From Pecten maximus (lineage: Eukaryota), in contig NC_047031.1 in assembly GCF_902652985.1 (NCBI RefSeq), positions 13,702,001 to 13,766,000 on the forward strand: DNA of 64,000 nt, given 5' to 3'. The translations under genes and the position numbers were made by a program. The notes beneath the pieces are model-generated. The model did no database searches. It was not told the DNA's origin and was given only the letters and a program-made list of their open reading frames with translations. Shown here piece by piece: positions 1-14,206 of the stretch. Within the stretch, counting starts at the first letter, position 1. Each line of letters starts with the position of its first letter.

Positions 1-1782
1 TCAGTACCCAGGTACCGGGCGTCGGATTCTACAAAGCACAACGGTGACAATTATGTTAGTGTTATAGGGCATTTTTAACATTCTGTATTGTTTGTTCATC
101 TACTGAAAAGCAAATGTTTTGATTTTGATCAAATATGTGCAATTCTAAAATGTGCGACATTTAAATGCCAAATAATCAACGCTTGTTTATGGTCCCGCCT
201 TACCTGTATCGTCATAGTGATGCTGTTACTGGAATATGACCGAGTAGCATTTTCTGTAGAAAAAATATCCACTGTTCCTGAAATTCAGATACAAAATGTA
301 AATAAAAATAACAATAAAGAAACTATTGACACAAATATAGATCTACTTCAGCTGCCATAAAAAAAACCATTAGTCTCGCTTCGCAAAATACCACAAGCAC
401 AGGAGGACACAATATACTTGTTCTATGGTGTCGGAACAGAAAAAGACATACTATCAAACAACGTCAACACATGACGATATAATCATCGCTAACTATATAT
501 ATTCTTTAAGTTAACCAAGATGTTCACCATTCACTAACATTCTATACCACACCATCAAAGCACAGGCACGTAATATTCTACGCCATCAAAACACAAATGG
601 TTTGTAAGAGGCGACTAAAGTCGGGCTCTTATCTTTTTTCTCCTTTATAAACAATTTTCGTCTTCCTAATGTTTCCATTGACAACACCTCACTTATTGCT
701 TTTTGTTGCGCGTCGCCACTGTGAGGAAGGCGTGGGTTCTGTTCCCAGGCCAAAACATACCAGAGTCCTGAAAAGTAGAATCACTACTCTCGCTTAGAAG
801 TGAGAGTTTTAGGGAGTGTGGCGACAGGTTTGCCCGTTGTCGGTATAATGTGACCAGGTGGGGTGTACTGCTGGTGTCTTCGACAGTATGCTTCAGTGAG
901 GTAGCATTATAAATTGGCAACATATCTTGACTATCACAAGGAGACTTAACACGAACATATCGCAGCCTCCCAAAACACACGTACCTACTGACCACTCATG
1001 CATATCACACGTACGGGAGGCCGTCCTTAAATGACCTTAGCTATTGATAGGACGTTAAACAAATAAAACCAAACTAAACAGCACATTGTATCACATCATC
1101 CTAACTCGACGACACACTTACCTGTTGGGTCTGCTATGGACGCTTCAATTAGACTCTGCGGACCCGAGATTGTGATTACAAGGCTGTCTATTTCACTGTC
1201 TACATATACATTCATAGAGGGGCCTTCTGATGTTGTCTGGACAAAATATTCCATTACCGATGTAGAGGATGCAAAGCTTTCCTAGAAATTACAAGAAGAA
1301 GAAATCTAAAATAACAGCCTCGGGTTCAGCTACACCGAGATAAAAAAGTTCTTTCATACCCTTTTTCAGACAAATGCTTCTTAAATACAGCAAGATTTCT
1401 AATTTGATAATTCTAATTATCTTTTCATTATTTGTTATTATTTGTTAATTGTATCACCAATGTCATCGACATTTAAATGTAAACACGTGACATCTTACCT
1501 CGAGCAACTTATCCAGAACTGTGGGGAGTTCCCTACTAAAAATTCGATACACAGTTCCTCCGGTACCACCAGCAATACTTTGGAACGTTGCCAAATCTCT
1601 TTTCTGTCTTAATGGAACATCTGTAAACAGGGCAGAGTAAATTTGATATGAAATTGAATTAAGTCATTTGTATAATCCATATATTCAGATTATTTAGTAT
1701 TTACCATGAACGTCAATATGATATTATTGCAATATCTTAGGTGCTTGAAGTACTCAGCTAAGTTATATGAACAGAACATATG

Positions 1783-1822
<40 letters not shown>

Positions 1823-4800
1823 GATAGAGAGAGAATGACATACATCTGCGTCGTCGAGAACATGATCCGGTAAGTAGAAATTCAATTTTTATCCCTTTTG
1901 CATTTGCAGCACCCACAGCAGTGGCAGCATTATCAGTATCTTTAGCGTCCGCGTCAGTGGCAACAATGATTACAGAATTTAATTCCGAGAGTTCTATAGC
2001 TGCAACAAAAGATAAATATGTATATTCATCAAACGACAGACGTGCTCAGAGACAAAACCAGGTGATGAGGAGCGCTTGTAAACCACTAGACAATAATTAG
2101 TCATTAAAAAATATCCAATGAATATGCGTGATAAAAATGAAACAAAAATGCGAAGTGGTCTCAAAACGTTACTTATATCAAATGCTATATCTGTTCCTGA
2201 GGATTAATGTATCTTGGTCTTTTCTTTAAATGTTCTGATGTATAGTGTGCTTAGTACAATTCTTTATCGGAACATCAGAACATTTAAAAGAGAGCCATAG
2301 AGAGTACGATACAGTAGACCAAAACAAAATAATGGTACCATACTGCTGTTTCATCCTTCCTCAACTAGTCCATGATACGAAGGACCTAAAGTGTTCGTCG
2401 AAATAGGAAAAACGAAATGTCCAAAACCTGATAAAATAGGTTTTCACTAAACTAAGGCTAGCATACCAGATAGAATATAAATACAACTGTGACCATTTAA
2501 GGATCATTTAATACAAAAAAATAACTTACGGATTGAATGTTTCCAAAACTTCAAAACACATACTAGAGATGTATGTGAGTGTTTGTAATGAATGATAATT
2601 TAGAGTTGTTTAGATAACCGAAATTTACTAAAATTGAACAATTAAGTACAAACCAGCCATCAATCCAGATATTGCATATTCTGGACAATCATCCCCTCCA
2701 TTGGCAGAAAGTGCATCAAGCCATCGAATCATTTCATCACCATCAACAGTACTGGCAACTGTAGTCAAACTTTCTGTAAATATAATTATATAGAAACGTA
2801 TCAAAATGATGATCAGACTATTCAACATCAACGTAGATTATTCAAGGACTGAAAAAAAAATCAAAATAATTTATTATACGTTCTTCCTAGACGGATAGGA
2901 GACATGATGCACACTGAAAAATATGTTATTTCCAAGAGTTTTTGCTGTTTTTGTGAATGGCATAAAATCACAGAAAAAAATGTCTTGGACGGATGGCACG
3001 TGTCTGTGTCGTCGTATCATCAGCTATGGTCATTTAAGATTTGCAGATATGTGTGCAAGATGCATTTGTGTTTTTGAGTGGCTGTGGTCTTTCGTCTTTG
3101 TCTTCATGTGATAGGGCGAACTGGATGTCAATTTTATAGAGCTACCTTAGTGAAATACACTGCCGACGACCCAAGCAGATTAGCTTACCCAGTCAAATTA
3201 TACTGTCAACGAGCGAACCAGAGAAGAAGCAACTACCATTTTAGAGACCCTGCTGTGTCTCAGCCAAGGAACAAAAGTCATCTTAACAGGGCCGAACAGG
3301 TCAAAAGTGACGAATTGTTAAGGGACCATTAGGGGGAAAAACACCCACAATACTCATCACGCAGAGGGGGTCGTCCTTCAATGATATGACCATAGCTGTT
3401 GATGGGACGGTACGTTATACAGATCCGAACCATAGAATCACATATATTTTTGGTTGATTAATTATGTTACCTGAACAATATTTTTTATTGCTTATTTCGC
3501 GCAGTTGCCTCCGTTATCAATGATTTAACAATGGTGTCCAGGGTAATGGCAAACTTCGGGGCTGGAAATCTACCAGAAGTGTTCACCACCCGATAGTATG
3601 AATACCATATTTAAATGTGAATTTAGGAATGACAAAAACAGCATTGTAACTTACATGTTATCAATTCATTTGCAATTAACACTTTTTAACTATCATACGT
3701 TATACATACCGGGGTCATTGAATGTAGCCAACACATATTTGCTTGGTGCGAAAGTACCCTCTCTTTCTTGGTTGACTCTTTTACTTAACGTCGACTTCAC
3801 ATGTGCTATATCATTGCCCATGGACCCGCTGACGTCGATAGCAAATCCAAGAGATGTTCTCGATTTCATTTGCAATCCAAAAAGGTTTAGAATTTTATCT
3901 TCATCAATGTCTGTGAGTATTCCATTTGCTGTGAATAACCGGGTAATTGAAATGGTTTTGATATTAAACTTTTTTTCCCTATCACGATTATCTGCAGCGC
4001 CTTCTAATTCTATAGCTTCTCATTATGACTATACAGTAGTAGATCGCGTTGACTTCGACCTGTATCTAAGATCAACTTCTTAAACGACCTCATCTAAATA
4101 AACAAAGGCCCTTAGACATAATATTGGGTCGGTAACATGCTGGAGTAAAATGCCAACAATTTCATTAGAATGAATTACCTAGACCTACATTGAAGGTCAC
4201 AGAGGTCATATCGGATAATCTTTAAACTACTTCTCAATTATCAGGAAACGCATATATCTGATACTGAGCCCGACATTTATATAAATGAATAAACCTATCA
4301 TACTTTGGAATTTTAATAAAGTGGTAATCAGCATTTTATCTGCACAAATGACCTAGATCAGCTTTTAAATTACATTAGAAGATTACCGATATATTTTGGT
4401 ATTATGTTAAAATATCCCAGGATATTTATCTAATATGTTTTTATTAAATTTTAGATTTAAGTATTTTAGGGAAAGGATTTCAAAAGAACTACAAATTATC
4501 TTCGTGCTGACGAAGAGATTACGACACCCGAGTATACCAGCCAGTCTGTTGTGAACATCTTTTATCGGTTTTGGATATCCATAGCGAAGACGTGTTTTGT
4601 GAATGTTCCGCAGTTGTAATTGGAAATAAAACAGATTTGGTCAGAATTTTGTCATTTTCTTATAAACTGTATGATAAACAAAGAAATTATAATTTTAGAT
4701 TTAATTATAGACACGTTATCACTCCTTGGTTCTTCAATAAAACCAATTCAATACCTGTGCTACCTTTTAATATCGACTTTTAGATTAAAAACTGGAGAGG

Positions 4801-7800
4801 AAAAAATAATTGTTTATATGTTTATTGTGATCTGCTTACTGAAATGAATGAAGAACTCTACTGTAGCTTTGATGGCAGCCTCAGAAGCTTGGGGATGAAG
4901 ATGAGAATGTGGCGAAAGATTCCTGTCAGTAGTCTCCTTATTGATACCCCCTGTCGCCGGAGTATCCTTCCCAGAATCCCTCAGGCCACCATGGCTACAC
5001 TTTCCTTTGACGCTGGCTGGGTCAGCTATGACAGATTGAAATCATACGTAAGTTTTGTATATATCGGATATGAACATACATTTTTTTGTATGAACACTCT
5101 GAAATAAGTTATATGTTACCGTGGTATCAGTATAATGTGACCGAGTGGAGTGTCCTGCTGGATGTCTTCGGCAGTATGCTTCAAGGTAGCATTATAAATC
5201 GGCAAAAGTTTCGGCCTATCACAAGGAGACTTAACACGTACAAACCGCAGCCTCCAAAGCACATACGCCCTCACCACACGCATGCATATCGCACGCACGG
5301 GAGGCTGTCCTTAAAGGACCTTAGCTGTTGATAGGACGTTAAACAAATAAAACCAGACCAAACCAAATCAATTTGTTTTGTGTGCTAGCAAGTCAGACAA
5401 CAGCAGTGTTTTACTGTCTATATATAGTATTAGGTTTTAATAGGGTGCATCAACAATCGACCCGTTAGTACAAAATACTGACTACAGCTTAAATTTGTGT
5501 ATTTATTTTTAGTCGGGAGATAATATTTTGTTGAAAATAAGGCGGTTTGTGCTGTTACTTATCAATAACACAGCTCGACATTTCAATCATGTCATGAACT
5601 GATGTTTTTTTCGCTGCGATTTTCACACCGCGAAGAGAATAAAACGAATCCCACTAAATAGACCTATAAACAGTTTTGAATATAAATACGTTATCACCGT
5701 GAAGAGGTGTGTCGAATAGGAAGTGATACACACCTGACGGTTTTGGAGAGTGATTCTGACCATACCAATATCCACTGGTGAGACGATCAGTGACCAACAA
5801 GTTGGAATCACAGGAACCTAATCTTAATCTGAAATAAATAGAACAGCATAAATAAAGCTCAGTCTTTGGAGAATACATGTCCGTCCCAACAGTAGGATAC
5901 AGCATACACGAGTGAAATAGCTTAAACATATTCAAATAGTATGCAACCTGAATATCATTAGAGTGAAAACATGGAGCATACTATTTTGTAAATCTATGTT
6001 TGGATTATCTACTAAATGCCAATTACATTTTCAAAACTTACGCGAAACTGCTGTCGTTACAAGAATTACAAGTTGCTTCATCCGTCGAGGCTATCTGCAT
6101 CAACTGCTTTATCGCCAGTGAACCTTGACGAAAATGATGAATTGTCACATAAAATCAGTCGTAAAAACCTATTCTGACATGGATCATTTCAACGCCTTGT
6201 TTTCGCATTTCCTTATCTTTGACACCAACACATTTTGTTCATTTGACCACTTGGTGACGTCATTGATCCTAATTCGTGATAAATTGCATTCACTATTTAT
6301 TGCAACTGATAGATAATTATTCCTGACATTCATTAGTGTATTTGGCAAAATATATTTAACAATAAAACTGATTGATCAATACAAAATTTTTTTTACATAT
6401 TTTTGTATCACAGCCATCATTTCACTGAAAACTTACCAAAATCTTGATAAGGTGCTCCACCGTTCATCTCGACCCAGTTCGTATTGCTGTAGAACGATTG
6501 GATGATCATCAGACATTTGCCCACTTTCTTTATCAGCAGCTCGACGACGGTATCGCTCAACGTTCCTGTTAACAGGAGCGACGCTATTTCCATCCGCGTG
6601 TCCTTGACTAGGATGTGTGCTTACAAAACGGGGAAAATATTAAAATGTTGTATTGATATCATTTCACTTTGTATTTGTTATCGTATGGCAACATTTTAAT
6701 GTATGTTTAATTATCAGCATATCAGCTGAACTTTCTTAACTAATCATGTGCTACATTCGTCAATTCCAGAGGATTAAATGACGAAATGTTTGTACTTAAT
6801 GAAACAAATTATAATATATCATTATGGTGCAAACATTTAATAGGACGTTAAACAAAATAAACCAAACCAAATTAATTCAAATCGCCTTTCGTCCGTGGTC
6901 CGTCGTCTGTCCGTTCTTCCTTCCGTCCGTCCGTTAGCAATCCTTGTAACCGCTATTTCTGAGAAAGTACTGAAGGAATCTGTCTCAAATTTCATATGTA
7001 GGTTCCCCTTTGTGTCTCGTTATGCATATTGCATTTTGGGACTGATCAGAAAACAACATGGCCGACAGGTAGCCATCTTGGATTTTGACAATTGAAGTTT
7101 GTTACCGCTTTTTCTCATAAAGTACTGAAGGAATCTTTCTCAAATTTCATATGTATGTTCTCCTTGGTCCCCCGATTGCATTTTGGGACCAGTCTGTCCT
7201 GAAAACAATCTGGCAAATAAACAGCCATTATCGCTAAATCTCAAATTTCTTATATAGCTAGGATTCCTTTGTTTGAAAAGTACTGGAGGGGTGTTTCTCA
7301 ATTTGCACAGATTAGTCAAATGAAGGGGAAAGTAGGGTGAAGATCAATCTGACATAGAACGTATGAAGATCATTCAATGGTGGGCGCCAAGATCCCTCTG
7401 GGATCTCTTGTTTATATAGTTATCAATTTTAAATTGCCTTAAGTCAGACTTTGTTGTCACAATCGAAAATAGTGCTAAGAACTGTAAACAATCGTTGATT
7501 GAAGACCCTCAACCCTATCCCAGCTTCATCGAACAATATTTAAATTTTGGTCAATCAGAAGCCTCCATTTAGTTTCCACAATTACGGTTCTGGAAGAACA
7601 GTATGTCTTTAATAAGTTAAAAGACTTTGCCGAGATTTAGTGAAATTGAGGTAAGGACTGATGAGTCATTGGTCGTCACACAAAAACTTGTGTATGATGA
7701 CCTAGTTGCCATGATGACCAAAATGCCCGAGAAAAAAAAACCCGTCATGCTCATCTTAATGTATAACTGAACTTTCCTTTATATTTTTGTTTTTGTTAAT

Positions 7801-9687
7801 TATTTTTTCGGAGTAGTCAGAACAAGACATGTTTCATTAAGTGGCACAAAGGAGCATAATTTCGATTAAAAATACGGGAATTTATGTAGACGCCAGATTA
7901 TTTTTTTACATATGTTGGGAATTTCGTTGATATCCATCCAACTCCCCCAAACACACGCATACAGCCCGTTGAAGGGGTAGGGGGGGGGGGGGGGGGATAG
8001 AAATCTAATGCATACATGAACTACTACTTCATCTTGTCTTTTTATACATCCAATGACCTTGGGATAGCGCGGTTCGATTTTTACGAATACATTTTAATCA
8101 CCAACCTTCCTTGATTCGTTCAGAGTTGACAGTATAATCAGGGTCCATGTGATAGGACTGGTAAACACTGGATACAGCGTCGGCAAACTGTCGGGCCTTC
8201 ATTTTGTAGTTTTTATAACTGTTGATGTCTAAATGTTCAAACAGTTAATTAGCATTCTTTACGACAAATCAACACTTATTGGGTTATTAGGGCCAAAAGT
8301 GGTGTGTATAAATTGACATAAAATGAAATGGCATAAAACATGCATATAGAAATTGGTACATTCACGTATACAGTTTTAAACGAAAAAGTAATATAGCTTC
8401 TCGTATCTCATGGTACAGACTGACAGTTTTTACAAAAAGTTCAAAAATTATGCATATGTTAACAGATGTTGATAAAGCTTTTTATTGGTTGGAAATCAGT
8501 GCAACGATCAAAATGTGTTTAATTGTAAATGGTTTATTACATGCGATACCCTTTGACTGGTCAACACGTTTCAGGATTTAGAATTAATATACTAGAAAAA
8601 AAACCTTAATGTTAAGAACAGTAGAACTTTAAACAAAACAGATTCAATTGTCATGTTATTGTAATTTTGTGTTGTTCATGCTGCCATTATTGCCACCCTC
8701 TTCTACTTATTAGTGTTATTATTCAAACTTTATCCCATTCTGATGTTAATGAACTCGCACAAATCTTACGCCTCATTGGTCATTAAACGTCTTAAAAGTC
8801 TATTGGATATATTGGATTTTAAATTAATTTTCCTATTACAAACCATCCGATGACTGTTCATTGATTGTATGTTGAAGTATAGTTTATTAGAAATCCCTAC
8901 AGGACAAGAACATATTTGCCTGTGTGAATCAGTTCATCCAACCCGGTCACATTATTCTTACAATTGGCATATACAGCTGAACATTGCATATAAATGAGAT
9001 AATCTAGGATTTTTTTCCCGGAAAATTCCCAATAAATATAGATAGTTTATTAAAAGTTTTGCATTGATTTAAATATTGGTTTTGTTATTATCATAAAATA
9101 TTTTCTTCACTTTTTGTATTTAAACTATATTTATAAAGTGTTTATCCAATAAATCACTATGACAGCTTGGAATGACAATTGATTACCACAGAAGCTTTCA
9201 AACCAAATAGCAATACCTTAGTTCAGAGGGTTAACTGATATCTATCAAAACCTGAACCAAACCTTTAAAATTATATTTGACATGAAACTCCAAATAAAAA
9301 AAAAACATATTTTTCCTCAAAAATTCACTTTTTATTATTGTGTAGTCCCGGGATAGATATGTAGCCTTTATGAAGATAGAACCATTAGCTTATATTTCCT
9401 TAATTCATATTTATATGAATATTTAATTGTATTAATCATTGCTGATTTAAATATCAAGACAGCTTACCTGTCCCAAAATATTCTTTGATGACGAAATCGT
9501 ACTCGGTTGTCCTCGACGTCGTCACGTGACCACTGGACAAGAGAAGAAGTGCAGCAACCCTGTCTAACGCTTCCAAAGTAATTCGTTCGTGGGTATACAT
9601 ATCTCTGTCATCGTTAAATCCAGCATTTGGGTTAAACGCGTCTGTCAAAGCAGACATTGTCACGACAGCCACACAAAACATATACAT
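1..9687 (-). CDS. VWA7: von Willebrand factor A domain-containing protein 7-like, secreted; 3' end lies outside the window
   Basis: Hand-spliced GT-AG exons with consistent phases: 9687-9468, 8228-8106, 6619-6437, 6123-6042, 5828-5734, 5025-4840, 3928-3710, 2773-2654, 1999-1844, 1620-1499, 1281-1122, 277-204, 28-<1. Motifs: signal peptide then FNPN, THERIT, QSFYSNTNWVE, LTSGY, KCSHGG..GGINKE..SPHSHLH, VWA MIDAS FAIDVSGSM, FNDP, GGDDCPE, VATDADAKD, furin-like RQKR. The symbol denotes the family, not proven orthology. Confidence 0.9.
720..1078 (+). mobile_element. SINE, probably of the mollusc Meta-domain type
   Basis: Core 'gtcggtataatgtgaccaggtggggtgt' and 3' end 'ccttaaatgaccttagct..ataggacgttaaacaaataaaaccaaac' recur at about 5125-5370 (+), 10470-10645 (-) and 59045-59145 (-); the tail also occurs at about 6840-6870. 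Confidence 0.75.
1784..1833. repeat. (GA)n/(GACA)n microsatellite
   Basis: Directly visible in a VWA7-like intron. Confidence 0.9.
5125..5370 (+). mobile_element. 5'-truncated SINE copy, same family as 720-1078
   Basis: Colinear similarity to about 840-1078, including the AAACC tail. Confidence 0.75.
6885..7412 (+). mobile_element. Non-autonomous Helentron/HINE-like element
   Basis: (GTCC)-like microsatellite at the left, about 150-bp internal repeats ('aaagtactgaaggaatct..tctcaaatttcatatgta' x2-3) and a terminal hairpin 'caagatccctctgggatctcttg'. Confidence 0.6.
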
Positions 9688-10469
9688 TTTAAATGGTTCA
9701 ATAATTATATTTCATAGCAACGCAATAGTTTTCGAGCTCCTTGCTTTTGTGGATTAACGAAATTGTATGTTTAATCTTCCTTATAAGATACTGTTAATAT
9801 TCTTTGAATCGAGCAGTATCAATAATCCTTAAATGATTAAATGAACTCCATTCTCGTCCATATACATGGCATTCTTACTGTGCAATGAGCTAACTATTAT
9901 TCGTAGAACGTCTTATCTTCACTTCTATACTTCCTGGATTCCGTTGTGACACATCACTTATTCATTGGCGCACTGTAAGATGTGTCGTACAGCTGTTTCA
10001 TGTTCGTATGCTTGTTAAGCGATACTTTTAACGCTACATCCAGGAGGGGAAGGAAAGATACACAAAATCAAAATAAAGAGAGCGGTGATATTTGGTTGTG
10101 GATTACTCATACGGTAACCAATAATACTTTAAATATATTCAATACTTCTATAGGTTACTCTAAGAAGTAACACAATTCTTAAATTAAGGCATGCTATATA
10201 TACTAATGTTTGTTTGTTTTCTTTCTACATGTTTGTCTATATCATGTTAACAGTCTTCTTGATCTTGATTTTTTAAGGCATATACATCTAATGTTAATCG
10301 TAAAGTTGGATTTGTCTATATCGACATCACCATGTGTTGAATAGTACATGCATGAAATAAAGAACCAATACATATGTTAAAATTGAGTATCGTCCACACA
10401 TATGTTATTCCGTAATAATACCATTCTATGTGATACAATCTTGTTTTAATCTTCCTCAATGTACTTGAT

Positions 10470-10645
10470 AGGATGGTTTGGTTTATTTTGTTTAACGTCC
10501 TATTAACAGCTAAGGTCATTTAAGGGACAGCCTCCCGTGCGTGCGATATGCATGTGTGTGGTGAGTGCGTGTGTGTTTAGGGAGGCTGCGGTATGTTCGT
10601 GTTAAGTCTTCTTGTGATAGGCCGGAACTTTTGCCGATTTATAGT
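10470..10645 (-). mobile_element. SINE 3' fragment, same family as 720-1078
   Basis: Reverse complement of the family's 3' end ('gtttaacgtcctattaacagctaaggtcatttaagg'). Confidence 0.75.
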
Positions 10646-11112
10646 AAGCAATGCCATACTTGAAACCCTTTCCGTCAAAGGCCTTTTAATATGAAGTTGA
10701 TTGACCATGAATGACTTATTGATAAGCCGTGAAACGTGGCGTTAACAGATACAACAGTAGGTAGACTGACTAATGTATAGAGCACAATGACTAATCACTC
10801 AACGCCAATATATAAAACTGACTTTGAAGTAAAGTGTTTGAGAATATTACGGGACTTATTCTGTTGTTTTCTATCATTTATGTATATAACAGGAAAACAG
10901 GGTATGTTCAGAATATGGGGAAATAAAACACCTGCACATAACTCAATACAACTGATGGAAATAACATTAAATATCTTCAAATCAATCCATTAATCTAATT
11001 GATATAAAATAACTTTGAAATATGTTTTGATAACTCAATTAAATTGATGGCAGTAACATTAACATATCATGTTAGAGTTTTCAGACAATCATTTATATCG
11101 TCATACGATTGA

Positions 11113-12065
11113 TGTATGGACTGAGCAGCAAACGTCAAACAACATTTATATGTGCTGAGCAGCAAACGTCAAACAACAGATATATGTGCTGAGCAGCAAA
11201 CGTCAAACAACAGATATATGTGCTGAGCAGCAAACGTCAAACAACATATATATGTGCTGAGCAGCAAACGTCAAACAACATATATATGTGCTGAGCAGCA
11301 AACGTCAAACAGCATATATATGTGCTGAGCAGCAAACGTCAAACAGCATATATATGGACTGAGCAGCAAACGTCCAACAACATATATATGTGCTGAGCAG
11401 CAAACGTCAAACAACTTCTCTATGTGCTGAGCAGCAAACGTCAAACAACTTATATATGTGCTGAGCAGCAAACGTCAAACAACTTATCTATGTGCTGACC
11501 AGCAAACGTCAAACAGCTTATATATGTGCTGAGCAGCAAACGTCAAACAACTTATATATGGACTGAGCAGCAAACGTCAAACAACTTATCTATATGCTGA
11601 GTAGCAAACGTCAAACAACTTATCTATGTGCTGAGCAGCAAACGTCAAACAACTTATATATGGACTGAGCAGCAAACGTCAAACAACTTATATATGGACT
11701 GAGCAGCAAACGTCAAACAACATATATATGTGCTGAGCAGCAAACGTCAATCAACTTATATATGTGCTGAGCAGCAAACGTCAAACAACTTATATATGTG
11801 CTGAGCAGCAAACGTCAAACAACTTATATATATGCTGAGCAGCAAACGTCAAACAACTTATATATGGACTGAGCAGCAAACGTCGAACAACATATATATG
11901 GACTGAGCAGCAAACGTCAAACAACTTATATATGGACTGAGCAGCAAACGTCGAACAACATATATATGGACTGAGCAGCAAACGTCAAACAACATATATA
12001 TGTGCTGAGCAGCAAACGTCGAACAACATATATATGTGCTGAGCAGCAAACGTCAAACAACTTAT
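11113..12065. repeat. 34-bp minisatellite, about 28 copies
   Basis: Unit approximately tatatgtgctgagcagcaaacgtcaaacaactta; period 34 (ctgagc at 11121, 11155, 11189). One more partial unit at about 14207-14234. Confidence 0.95.
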
Positions 12066-14206
12066 TGATCACATACCTGTTTTATCTTATTATAGTAATA
12101 CAAGCAATTTCCAGACCATGAAATACAACGGTCTGTATTGAACATGTAAAATACGGAAGGTGTATTAACCTTCTAGCCGGAACTATTTTTTTTATGGAAA
12201 TCCCCTTGTCATTGGACACGTAACATATCCGGGTATTGCATTGGTGAATATTTTTGGATAGTTTTTTAAGTTTGAGATTTTAAAAAAAATGTGAAGCATA
12301 AAAATATTTTTTAATTAAAATTCCGGAGTTATGTACGTTACTTAGGCTTTCTAAATAAACATTTGAGAAAGAGAAATAAAGTTGGCAGTAAATATAGAAA
12401 GTTGTCGTCTGCTACGGAAGCCTGAGAGGGTTTGTTTACAATGACAGTTGCTGGCAATTTTGACATCTTGCATGATCGGCTGATGGATTCAGACATAAGT
12501 GATGAATCCAGTATTCATGAAGCTGGAGGTATGTGTAATGAAGTGGCAATATCCGGGAATGGAATGGGGCCCAATTCACATTCATTAACCATCGAACCGT
12601 GCGCTCCCCCTCCATATAATGAGTAAAAGAAATGAAAATACCGTTAAGAAAACTGAGGGATGTATTAAAATATTTCAAGAGTGGATTCAGTCTCGTCCTA
12701 GGTATTACAGCAGGGACGTACTTCAGATTCTGCCATTTGAACTAGATACATACATTGGTGGTTTTTTGCTTTCTCTTCAGAAGAATGATGGTTCTAATTA
12801 TGAACCTGATACCCTAACCAGCTTTCACAGGGACATCGACCGCTATCTGAGGGAAAATGGTTATCTTGTCAGCATTCTAACCTCAGATTTATTCAGCACA
12901 AGTCGACAGGTACTTCAATCTCGACGGAAAGAGTTAAAACAGAAAGTGCTTGGGAACCGACCCAATAAAGCGCAACCTGTCAGTGAAAACGAGGAGGAAA
13001 TGTTGTGGGAATGCGGTCAGCTTGGTCACGACAACCCACACGCTTTGCTGAACACAGTATGGTTCAATAACACTAACCTTTTGGGGTTCAGGGGATGTGA
13101 TGAGAACAGACAATTGAAATCGGGAGCCATAGAATTAAAAAGAGATGAAAATGGGTCAGAATACCTAGAATTTAGTGAAAGAACAACAAAAACAAGAGGT
13201 GGAAACAGTACTCACGTAAGATCATTTAGTCCGAAACAGTTTCAAAATCCTGAAATTAAGTGGCGATGTCCAAAAAACTGTGTACAAAACTCCTCCATTC
13301 CGGCGTTGTTCCTACGACTATTATGCAATTATCTGGTCACAAAAACGTAAATAGTGTAAATAACTATGCCGTAGCTTCCTTTAACCAACAACGTAAAATG
13401 TGCGAAACTCTTTAAAACGTGAAGAAGTCTGCTATATCTTCCAGTGTAACATCCACAGTATCACGTAGGCCAATGGCGGAAACATCACACGGTCAAAACT
13501 ACCAGCCGTCACAACTTGTCCCCGTAAGAAAGAGGTGCAAAATCTTCCGACAGGAATGTTTTCTGGTGCAAATATCCGTGGAGGAACTTTCAATATCTCC
13601 TTTCAAATATCATCCCAGTCAAAAAATACCACATCTATACAGCATATCACCTCCCCGTAAGTAAACACACATAGCACAGCTGCTCGACTCCGATTCTGAT
13701 GACTGAAGTTACACATGGGAAATTTTGAGTTTTTGTGTGTCAGTGACGAAATGCAGCGATATCGCGAGTTGGGAGAATTTACTTATACTTTTTGTGAACG
13801 TTTCTTATTTAACCATTTATTGTTGCCAATCGTTTAAAATAGTAATTGTTACCACAAAATGTATTAGAAATGTGTGTGTATCTTGTGGATTATTTGTTTT
13901 AACAGTTAAATATCACAGAGAAAGTATATGACAAAATCTGCTCTGTTTTTCTTTCTCTTCATGACTTGCGGGTGCAGTACCGGTGACGGGTGTTGCTAAA
14001 ACAAGTTCAAACCGGTTTCTGAAAGACGAGGCGAACTGAAAACCATAAGTGTTAATAAATTTTAAAGTTTGAGCTCTACAAAATACTAAAGGTATGTGAT
14101 AAAAGCAAGACCACACATACGCGCACTCGTGAATATATTCGGCCGCACAATAAACTCATGCTCTCTGATTCGTTAGCAAAACACAAGTGTGTAGTCTTGC
14201 ATAGAG
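12066..14206 (+). mobile_element. Crypton-type tyrosine-recombinase DNA transposon, decayed
   Basis: Interrupts the 34-bp satellite and carries a DUF3504/tyrosine-recombinase ORF. Inverted repeats: atcacatacct (about 12068) / aggtatgtgat (about 14090), and gcaagaccacac (about 14105) / gtgtagtcttgc (about 14189). Ends are approximate. Confidence 0.75.
12619..13415 (+). pseudogene. Crypton tyrosine recombinase (DUF3504-like), internally deleted and frameshifted
   Basis: ORF 12619-13350 has NTVKKT..WI, KNDGSNYEPDTL, LLNTVWFNN..LGFRG..E and EFSERTTKTRGG. After RCP the H-x-x-R segment is missing. A different frame then gives IMQLSGHKNVNSVNNY..QQRKM (box II His and Tyr). Confidence 0.8.

Noticed and set aside
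3598-4083. 161-aa plus-strand ORF
   Set aside because: Antisense shadow of the VWA exon 3928-3710 with no recognisable motifs.
11113-12065. CRISPR-like look of the 34-bp array
   Set aside because: Head-to-tail units with no unique spacers, no cas genes and a eukaryotic context.
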